DNA of 59,581 nt, filler included, from Squatina squatina (lineage: Eukaryota): assembly GCA_031763465.1 (NCBI GenBank). It is 3 parts of 2 records of this genome, joined end to end, with 100 filler letters (N's around TTAATTAATTAA, not from the genome) between each part and the next. Parts side by side here need not be neighbours in the genome. Positions count along the whole stretch, not along the records: positions 45,496 to 59,581 come from JARFOE010000005.1; 2 more parts are not named here. One strand, given 5' to 3'. Of the stretch, positions 50,925 through 59,581 are shown one piece after another. Below the pieces are notes generated by a model. That model was not told the DNA's origin, made no database searches, and saw only the letters and a list, made by a program, of their open reading frames with translations. Numbering within the stretch: position 1 is the first letter of the stretch; each line of letters opens with the position of its first letter. The position numbers and the translations under genes were made by a program.

Positions 50925-51130
50925 TCTCTGTGATTCAATTGGTAGCACTGGAATCTGGGTCAGAAGGTTTTGGGCACGAGTTCCAGCTCCCGATCTTGAC
51001 TGATTGTCGTGCAGTTCTCAGTGCTGCATTATGGACAGTGCGGTATGTTACAGCGAATATTCAAGATTCCGTGGCACTATTTGGAGACGAAAGAGTTTGC
51101 CCAACATTCCTCCCTCGAAAAAACCTAGGC
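50925..51130 (+). mobile_element. Degenerate tRNA-derived SINE
   Basis: attcaattggtagcactggaatctgggtcagaaggt head resembles the 55864 copy. Confidence 0.5.
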
Positions 51131-51366
51131 ATTTATCCAAGTTAGAACATTGATCAAGTTTCAGGTGAGTTTTGTGTTCAGAGTAATCTATGTAAAGATA
51201 CANNNNNNNNNNTGGTCATTTATGAGGGTGGTCTTTGTGGGCTATTGCAGGAGCAAAATAGCTTTGCATTGCCAACAACATTGCAGTGACTGCACAACAA
51301 AAAAAAAATCAAGCATCAATGACGATGAGGCACTATATTAATGCAAGTTTGTTTTCTTCTGTACAG

Positions 51367-51576
51367 GTTGCTATGGGGGTAGGACGGGAGGACTATAAAG
51401 AGGGGGAGAAACCTGGGGATCTGTGGTTTGATCTCTCTGATGAGAACCTGTGCAACTGGATGATGTTTGTACGTCAAGCACGGAACCATTTGGAACAGAA
51501 CCTGGTGGTGTACCAGTACGGGAAGGAGCTCTACTTCACCACCATCAAACATATCGAGCCGAAACAGGAACTCAAG
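51367..51576 (+). CDS. PRDM10: PRDM10 PR/SET-domain exon
   Basis: 210-nt exon; [35 protein letters not shown]...IEPKQELK|gtaaaa. Confidence 0.95.
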
Positions 51577-51639
51577 GTAAAAGAGTACATGGTGTATAAT
51601 GGGCGGGTGCAAGTGGTGACTGACCAAAACTACCCATTT

Positions 51640-51948
51640 ATTTTGTGACCCCAGCGTCCCATTCGACCGAGAGCTGAGTTTCCAACCCTATACCTGCTCC
51701 ACCACAAAGGCCACCTCATTTCATCCATTATATTGCTGATTTCAGCCCATCCTCAGCTGAAACCCTCGCCTTTGTCACTCCCAGACTCAACTACAATGCT
51801 TTTCTGATCAGTCTGCCATCGTTCACTCTGTGTAAACTACAGCTATCCTGTACTGCGTCACTTTTACATCACCCTCTCGCGGACCGACTATATTTGCTTC
51901 CAGTCTCCCAGCACCTCAAATTTAGAATTGTCATCTTTTTGTTTAAAT
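51640..51948 (+). mobile_element. L2 LINE 3' fragment, degenerate
   Basis: tcctcagctgaaaccctc...gcctttgtcactcccagactcaacta...catcaccc pattern of the L2 ORF2 end. Confidence 0.55.
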
Positions 51949-52048
51949 NNNNNNNNNNNNNNNNNNNNNNNNNNNNNNNNNNNNNNNNNNNNNNNNNNNN
52001 NNNNNNNNNNNNNNNNNNNNNNNNNNNNNNNNNNNNNNNNNNNNNNNN

Positions 52049-52522
52049 TGTAAATCCACTGGCAGGACAAACGCACCAACATCAGCGTCCTCACTCAGGC
52101 CAACATCCCCAGCATCGAGGCACTGGTCACGCTCCCCCAACTGTGATGGGCGGGTCACATCATCTGCATACCTGATTCAAGACTCCCGAAACAAGCACTA
52201 TATTCTGAACTCCTTCATGACAAACGCCTCCGAGGAGGGCAGAGGAAACACTACAAGGACGTCCTCAAAGCCTCATTGAAGAAATGCAACTTCCCTAGCA
52301 ACCACGGGAATCCTTGGCCCAAGATCGCCTGCAATGGAGGAGAAGCATTCGTGAAGGTGCCAACCGCTTCGCTTCGAGTCCACTCGCCTCATCACATACC
52401 ACCTGCCCCACCTGTGGTCGTGTCTGTGGATCCCGCATCGGACTTTTCAGCCACCTCCGAACCTACAACTCTGGAGTGGAAGCGAGTCATCCTTGAACCC
52501 GAGGGACTGCCTGAGAAGAAGA
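52049..52522 (+). mobile_element. RTE (BovB-like) LINE 3' end
   Basis: IHWQDKRTNISVLTQANIPSIEALV...WAGH...RLPKQALYSEL...GGQRKHYKDVLKASLKKC; ends in gagggactgcctgagaagaaga. Confidence 0.85.
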
Positions 52523-53098
52523 CAATTCAGTGGATTCTGCAGGCACTGACAGACCTGCTGTCTATCTCCAGCGTTCACTGTTTCAGATTTCCAGCATTTG
52601 TCGTTTTTCCTTTTCATTCTGTTGGAAACGGTTTGATATGGAATTTATAATGCTGGTGAGCTCAGCGTGAGCTCGCTGGTGCTTGTGAGGTATTGGCAGA
52701 CACTTGATTATGGGATGAATTACCCATGAGTCCTGTCCTGCGATTAGCACATTATCCAGTTGGAGCTGGCCAGAGATGATGAGCAGCCTGATCTTGTGTC
52801 CCCATCCTTATCCAGCAGCTCAGTGGTGTATGTTGCTCACCATCCTGCTCTCACTGATCAATGGGAACAGGTGTTTGGACTTGGGTACCAAGAGAGAAAT
52901 TAATAATAAAATGATTGCCAGAAAATGGAAGAATATTGGCAGTCACTTTTCAATCCATTACCCAGAGACAGCTTGTTTAGTGTAAAGATACACTGCACAT
53001 TACAGATTGTTGGACCTGGTCCTAAGATGATGTGTACAGAATAGGTTATACCTGGAGCACAGACTTTCCATAAAGGTGCGGCTTGTTCTGTTTTTCAG

Positions 53099-53209
53099 GT
53101 GAATCATTTGTCAAAAAGACACCCGGATATCAGGATAGACGATGTGCCAGAGCTAACATTGCCCATCATTAAACCGAACAGGGACTACTACTGCCAATAC
53201 TGTGACAAG
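53099..53209 (+). CDS. PRDM10: PRDM10 zinc-finger region exon ([37 protein letters not shown])
   Basis: 111-nt exon, tgtttttcag / gtaagg; translated by hand. Confidence 0.92.
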
Positions 53210-53659
53210 GTAAGGACAGGGCAGGTGTGACGACTGCCCGTCAATATTCCCTTAACTTTGTTTTGGGTGCACGGTCCCTTTAAAGGGCTGCGGGGCCCAT
53301 TCGGAATTTCGAGCAGGCACGAAATATCACCTTTGAAAAGCTGGTCCTGGGCTGCGCCGGACCAGCAGACAGCTGTGTGGCCAGATGACCACTCAGCTGA
53401 GAGGGAACATTGCTGCCAGTACTGTGGCACGATAAGGACCGTCCCACACCACCCCCCCATCCGCCCAGAGTTTTAATATCCCATGCATTGTTTGTTCAGT
53501 ATGCCGACAGGGATTCCTCGCAAAAGCAACGCTGATTCCCAAGATCCTGCTGTTACTACTAGATTGCAAATGGTAAACCTTGGGTCATGTCATTAGCTAT
53601 ATCTTGCTAATCTGAGAAACACACTCTATCTGTGCCACCACTGCACCTTTAAGTATGCT

Positions 53660-53889
53660 GTGGGGTTCCATGGGGTTGGTATTAGGACCATTGCTTTTCT
53701 TATATATAACTGAGCTGGACTTGGGTATAGGGAATACAATTTTGAAGTTTGTGGTTGATACAAAATGTGGCAACATAGTATATAGTGAACAGAATGGTAG
53801 CAGACTTCAGGAGGATGCAGACAGACTGGTGAAATGAGTAGTCACATGGCAGATGCAATTTAATGCTGATAAGTGTGAAGTGATGCATT
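53660..53889 (+). mobile_element. CR1 LINE RT fragment
   Basis: VLGPLLFLYITELD...KFVVDTK...LQEDADRLVK and WQMQFNADKCEVMH. Confidence 0.85.
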
Positions 53890-55479
53890 NNNNNNNNNNN
53901 NNNNNNNNNNNNNNNNNNNNNNNNNNNNNNNNNNNNNNNNNNNNNNNNNNNNNNNNNNNNNNNNNNNNNNNNNNNNNNNNNNNNNNNNNACCAATCATTC
54001 GAATCGCCTTTTGGCCAAGTAAGCTGCGTGTCACCAACCTGCCAAGTACGTCCGAGAGAGACTGGGCCCTAGATGCACTCCCATTGGATGCAATCCAGGA
54101 ATTTAATGCTAAGGGCTTGGAATTATCCATCAGAACTCCTCTAAAGCTGCAGAGGTGGATGGACAGCGAGCTGAATTCTTGAAGTGTGAACGCTCGTAAT
54201 GAGCCACAGTGTTCAGGCGAGTTTGTAACTGAAGAATCAACCGGTAAATTCATTGCTGGACTTGTGCGTGTTCTCAGGCTGCGACACAGAGGATTCCTTA
54301 TGCAGGTCGTGTTCTTCTCTGGGTCTGTTCCCCCAGAACTGTACAGGGATGAGTGCAATCTGGTCAACTTGAAACTTGACACAAACATGGCAAGCACACA
54401 TGCAGCCCAGCGCATGCACAGGCTGAGAGTCGCATTCTGTTCACTCGTTACAAACAGACTAAGGTGGAAAAGTTTTAGTGAATGAGATTTTAATGCTTTA
54501 TTATTTAAAAGTTTATGTTAACTGTAAATTTCTGTGGTTGTATCATTAGAGAAGCTGTGTTCTATAAACAAGTGTTCAAAAGATCAATAAAAATATAAAC
54601 CTGGACTCACTGACTCTGCTCCTCTCCCCAGCACTTATCCTGCCTGATTGATTGCTGCTTATCCCCAACACCCCAGAATGTGTAAGGAGCCAGGATACTG
54701 CAGAGGAGGGGGCAGGGGCAGGGATTCAGTGTTAGTGCTCTTTATCTGCAATGGTTTAACAATATGTCATTTCTAATTGTGAAATACTTCTGAATGTCAC
54801 TTGATTTTTGTTCTGATTTGCTGTGCGGCAACATAAGAAACAGGAGCAGGAGTAGGCCATTCGGCCCCTCGAGTCTGCCCCGCCACCCAACAAAATCATG
54901 GGCGATCTTCTATCTCAGCGCCATTTTCCTACACTATCCCCATATCCCTTGATGCCTTTAATATCTAGACGGGATGTGCAGTGATAACGTGCTGAGAATG
55001 AAGGTTGGTGCTGATGCAGTAAGAACACCAGGAAATGGGAAGTCGGGAGGCGGAATTTCCACTGCTTCAACAAACAAACTCTTTCAATTTGCTCTTTTAA
55101 TATCTTGGAAGAGTTACTGGGACTTTCTGGATTTTGAATATCTCACCACCCGATGAGTAAAACGAAACATCAATCTGAATCAATCACATGGCACCGTTTC
55201 AATGATTTCTCTCCCACCTGTAACCAAGTGGATTTCCAACATGGTATCGGGATAGGCTTGGTACAGGACCTGAGCTGCAGCCAATGTTTAACTGCTTATG
55301 GACTGTCGCTGGATTTAAAGGAAAAGCCACAGAACCAAAAATGTTGGAGCCTAATTGTGCTTTAAGCTTTAAGTAAAAGATGTAAAGTAATGTAAACCAG
55401 GAGAGAGAAATAAGAAATATGTGAGTAAAACAGTAGAGCAGAAGGACAGGTTAGGGTGCGTGACCCAATTAAGTTCTTC

Positions 55480-55623
55480 ACACAAACACATGGAGTATAA
55501 GGGACAAACTGAATGAATTAGAGGTGCAAATTCATCTTGGAGCCATTACTGAGACATGGCTGCAAGACAGTCAGGACTGGAAACTAAATATACCAGGTTA
55601 TAATGTGTACAGGAAAGATAGGG
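55480..55623 (+). mobile_element. CR1 LINE endonuclease N-terminal fragment
   Basis: AITETWLQDSQDWKLNIPGYNVYRKDR. Confidence 0.85.
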
Positions 55624-55863
55624 NNNNNNNNNNNNNNNNNNNNNNNNNNNNNNNNNNNNNNNNNNNNNNNNNNNNNNNNNNNNNNNNNNNNNNNNNNNNN
55701 NNNNNNNNNNNNNNNNNNNNNNNCCCGTTAAACACCTCTCCCAAGTTTCGAGTCCATTGACTACATGAAAAGATAGCTAGATAGACATCAAGAGTAACGT
55801 GGCTGATTTTTCTCTCTGCCAAAAAGGCATTGGACCATAGATCAAACCTGCGAACTATAATAG

Positions 55864-56215
55864 GTGTCAGTCATGGCTCAGTGGGTAGCACTCTCGCCTC
55901 TGAATCAGAAGGTTGTGGGCTCAAGTCCCACTCCAGAAACTTGAGCACATAAATCCAGGCTGACACTCCCACTGTCAGTACTGAGGGAGTGCTGCACTGT
56001 CGGAGGTGCCATCTTTTGGATGAGACATTAAACCAAGGCTCCGTCTGCCCTTTCAGGTGGAGATCTCGTGACATTATTTGAAAAGTTCTCCAACTTCACT
56101 AAAGCAGATTATCTGTTCATTTATTTCACTGTTTGTGCACAAACTGGCTACTACATTTCCCTTTGAAATTTGGATGTGAATCGCTTTGGGACATCCTGAG
56201 GTTGTGAAAGGCGCT
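55864..56215 (+). mobile_element. tRNA-derived Deu-domain SINE (SacSINE1-like), near full length
   Basis: A-box tggctcagtgggtag, B-box-like gggctcaagtccc, core cagtactgagggagtgctgcactgtcggaggtgcc, tail gctttgggacatcctgaggttgtgaaaggcgc. Confidence 0.8.
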
Positions 56216-57150
56216 TACATAAGTGAACGGTCTCATTATCTTTAAATTTGCCCAAACCCGTATTACACGGCACAAAGATTAAAAGTAGAGGCTGCCTCTT
56301 GCTCAGCTGACATTTGAAGACACCGGTACCCGTCAGCGGCTGGTGTTTGCTCCCTCCTCCAGGAGATCTTTCTCTCTAGTTGCCTCAGTTTATTTCTGCA
56401 CTAAGAATTAATTCATCGCTTTAGTAACATTTCATTGCCTCAAAAATGAACAGATTCCTCGGCCAGTGTACATGGCCAGCACTCTGAGCCCTCTCTGTTA
56501 GTTGGTATGCATTTAACCCAGCAGTTTGGGGATAGCTGAATGAATAGTTTGATTTTGTCTTGTCACAGTTCGGGTGATTTGAAAGTATGGAGCATGTTGC
56601 TGCCCTGAGGCTCATTGTATAATAATCTTCTTAAACCTGGAATGTGACTTACTGCCCTTGCTCCTTTGGTGTGAAAGCAAAGGGAGCTTTCAGTAAATGC
56701 ACTGCTGAGAGCTTGGAGAGACTGTAGCATCACCTGTTACACCTGAAACTCCCTCAGCTTTTCCATTGGCCAAATAGTGTTTAATTCTCTCACCCTTCAC
56801 TATGATTTTGTTGTAGTGGAGAATGACTTCCCACTTTCCAGTATCAAGCTCTGGATCCGTTTGCAGATTATTCGCAATGGCTGGTGTGGAAAATAGAAAT
56901 GAAGAAGGTGCTGTTGATTGGATCAAATTCCACTGTCAGGGTGTGGCTGGGAGAGTTTAACCATCTCGCAATCTGTGACACACCCAGCCTGGGCTCACTT
57001 GACTGGCACTGGCTGCAGAAGTGGAAATGTGTTCCATTCTACAGAAATTCACCAACAATATTTTTGAAAAGCTGTTTTCCAGGGGAATCTGCTAGCATTT
57101 TTGATTATGACACAGTCTGCAAATATTGAGATTTAACTTTGTCTCCACAG

Positions 57151-57352
57151 CCTGATATCTTCTTCGAGGTGGTGAGTCGCAGCACCTGGGACGAGGTCCT
57201 GTCTCAGCCCCAGCGAGATCACTTGAGGAAGTTTCTTCCACAGTTCACTGAGGATAACCTGGAGCGACAGGACAGGATCATCACAGGGCTTTTCAACGGG
57301 GACAACTTCCGCTTCGGTAACCCTCTGTACATCGCTCAGAAACTCTTCCGAG
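57151..57352 (+). CDS. NFRKB: NFRKB (INO80G) DEUBAD-domain exon
   Basis: 202-nt exon; PDIFFEVVSRSTWDEVLS...LFNGDNFRFGNPLYIAQKLFR. Confidence 0.94.
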
Positions 57353-57715
57353 GTAAATTCCTGCAGCACCTTGTGAGTGTACAGCTGTGTAGCAAGAACT
57401 TCATGCTTTACTCAACAAGAGTAATTCGATAGAATAGTAATTCAATAGAAAGGGGATGAATTGCAAATGGTTAGTTCTTTGAAATTCTGTACATTGTCAG
57501 TGTATAGGAAGCATATTTCAGACATTGGAATTCTATAGGATGGAACTGGGAAGGAGTTTGTCCCATTGGAGTTCTGTGGGATGGGACTGAATGGGAAGGA
57601 GTTTGACTGATTGGAATTGAGTACAAGGGGATTGAATTAAGAGTTGCTGGTGTTTTGTTGGGATAGAGGGGATTTTATTTGTTGACTGGAGTGCTCATGT
57701 TGCTTTTGTCTGCAG

Positions 57716-57843
57716 ACGGCCACTTTAACCCAGAGGTGGTAAAGTACAGAAGGCTGTGCGTGAAGTCGCAGTATAAGCGGTACCTGTATTCACAGCAGCA
57801 GTACTTCCACAAGCTGCTCAAACAGATCCTCGTCTCCAGGAAG
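57716..57843 (+). CDS. NFRKB: NFRKB exon (DGHFNPEVVKYRRLCVKSQYKRYLYSQQQYFHKLLKQILVSRK)
   Basis: 128-nt exon, tgtctgcag / gtagga; phase compatible with the previous exon. Confidence 0.94.
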
Positions 57844-58152
57844 GTAGGAGTGACTTCACAGGCGGTGGTGGTGGGGTGGGGGGTCAGACAGTTAGTAAAT
57901 CAGTCAGCTCAGGGAATTAACTGTAATTATTGTAATATAGAAACATAGAAAATATGTGCAGGAGAAGGCCATTCTGTCCTTCGAGCCTGCACCGCCATTC
58001 AACACGATCATGGCTGATCTTTCAACTCAGTACCCCGTACCTGCTTTCTCTCNNNNNNNNNNNNNNNNNNNNNNNNNNNNNNNNNNNNNNNNNNNNNNNN
58101 NNNNNNNNNNNNNNNNNNNNNNNNNNNNNNNNNNNNNNNNNNNNNNNNNNNN

Positions 58153-58545
58153 CAGTATAATGGAGCTGAAAGTGGGTATTGTTTTGTGATGGAGTCGATA
58201 AGGAGTCGAAAGCTCAGCTCAGGGATTAATAGGACTGCGAGATTGCTAACAGTCCGATTCAGCATGAAACAATAGCTGGGGAGAGGGATGGAGACCGTGA
58301 CAAGAGAACAGAGTTTGTACTGTGGGGCCAAAACAATAGCTTTGCCCTTCCCAATGTTTAGCTGGAGGAAAGTGTGGCTCTTCCAAGACTGGATGTTGGA
58401 CGTAGTTTGACAGTGTGGAGTGGCTGAGTGAGGCCATGGAGAAGTAGAGCTACGTGTCATCAGTGTACACATGGAAGTTGTCCCATGTCTTTGGGTGGTG
58501 TTGCAAAGGGCATCATGTAAAGGAGTAAGAGGAGGGAGCCAGGTA
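58153..58545 (-). mobile_element. L2 LINE RT C-terminal fragment
   Basis: SNIQSWKSHTFLQLNIGKGKAIV...TVSNLAVLLIPELSF resembles the L2 WM..NFLQLN..KTE motif. Confidence 0.75.
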
Positions 58546-58704
58546 ACTGTGGGTGGCAGTAGAATCCTGAGCTCAGCTTCCTCCTGTGATACAGGCAGCA
58601 ATGTCACATGGAGTGTACAGTAGCACCTACCCCAGGAGCAGACCCTGAGCTCTGCAGGAGGTGGGAAAATCTGGAATTAATGTTTTGTTCTCTATCCCAC
58701 AAAG

Positions 58705-58885
58705 CTTTATTAGATCTTACATTCCCAAAGAAAAGGGTAAAAGATAAAGAGGAGAGGAAGAAAAAGAAACTGAAAGTGATAAAAACAGAGCCAGAGGAGA
58801 TGGCCGAGTCATCAGGAGCTGAGGGACCCATTGCAGCACCTCCTGAGCAGCAGATCACACCCAAGCCGGTCACGGCTCCTGAACA
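58705..58885 (+). CDS. NFRKB: NFRKB exon (LLDLTFPKKRVKDKEERKKKKLKVIKTEPEEMAE...)
   Basis: Basic NLS-like segment matching recalled KKKVKEKEEKKKKKIKTIKSE; donor gtaagt; alternative acceptor possible at 58714. Confidence 0.82.
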
Positions 58886-59330
58886 GTAAGTAACTCTGCA
58901 CTTGTTGGATGTTTAAACCCCACCTCACGGGATTNNNNNNNNNNNNNNNNNNNNNNNNNNNNNNNNNNNNNNNNNNNNNNNNNNNNNNNNNNNNNNNNNN
59001 NNNNNNNNNNNNNNNNNNNNNNNNNNNNNNNNNNTTCTCCGCCCCCTTTAGTTTGGAATTCCCCCCCAACAATTAGACCCCAGTTGGAACGGTACAATAT
59101 TGTTTCACAACAGAGCATCATACAAGGTTATCAGGTGTGAAGCTGTTTTGTGCCAGATCCTATCTGTCAACAACTGCGAATAAATCAGTGAAGTTGGATG
59201 GTGATTGAGCAGCCAGAAGTTCTCCAGCAGGAATACTGCGTTAGTGTGAGGAGCCCCAGTAACCAGCTGCACCTTGTCTTCCTTTCCATGCAGTGGGAAT
59301 GGATTTTAATGTCATATTTGTTTTCTCTAG

Positions 59331-59539
59331 AAGTCCTCTGGTAAGGAGAGTGTAACAAAGCTCCCTCTGTGTGAGCAGTCTCTGGGGCCCCAGGTGTTGG
59401 CAGACTCCAGCTTGCCCCACACACCTGTAACTCCAGTAACTCCCACATTACCGGCTACGCCTACATCACCGCCAGCATCATCCGATGGCACCAAAGTCCC
59501 AGCAACCAGTGCACCAGAACTGGTTAAATCTGGTCAAAG
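59331..59539 (+). CDS. NFRKB: NFRKB exon (KSSGKESVTKLP...DSSLPHTPVTPVTPTLPATPTSPP...)
   Basis: Acceptor gttttctctag, donor gtcagt; matches recalled DSSMPPTPVTPVTPT; not in the ORF track. Confidence 0.85.
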
Positions 59540-59581
59540 GTCAGTTATTCCTGGTACTCTCTAGTTTCACACAGCAGACTG

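Noticed and set aside
55864-55940. tRNA gene
   Set aside because: The tRNA-like A/B boxes are the head of a SINE and continue into the SINE core; several degenerate copies occur in the window
1-59581. Apparent exon loss or extreme compaction of all genes
   Set aside because: Explained by the fragmented assembly with fixed-length gaps

Overview
Eukaryotic (vertebrate) genomic DNA, most likely from a cartilaginous fish (shark-type tRNA/Deu-domain SINEs, CR1 3' ends, palindromic repeats and Harbinger relics). It is a heavily gapped draft. Many fixed-size 100-N gaps separate short contigs, and two artificial N44-TTAATTAATTAA-N44 linkers (30783-30882, 45396-45495) split the window into three unrelated blocks. 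Block 1 holds scattered exons of ANKRD13C(-), CTH(+), PTGER3(-), ZRANB2(-) and NEGR1(-), the order and orientation of human 1p31. Block 2 holds KLHL20(-) and ANKRD45(+), as at human 1q25, plus an intronless GTPBP3/MnmE ORF that runs directly into a Harbinger transposase relic. Block 3 holds APLP2(-), PRDM10(+) and NFRKB(+), as at human 11q24. Gene calls rest on my own translation and on recalled vertebrate protein sequences; no search was run. There are no CRISPR arrays, rRNA genes or true tRNA genes. I found no clearly new biological system. The best leads are: (1) a divergent 14-3-3 exon lying between ZRANB2 exons, with a candidate non-canonical terminal exon; (2) the intronless, C-terminally truncated GTPBP3-Harbinger junction; (3) a hAT MITE carrying seven 31-bp units built around an NRF1-like palindrome; (4) a lost or shifted splice acceptor in ZRANB2. 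Assembly artefact is a live alternative for most of these.
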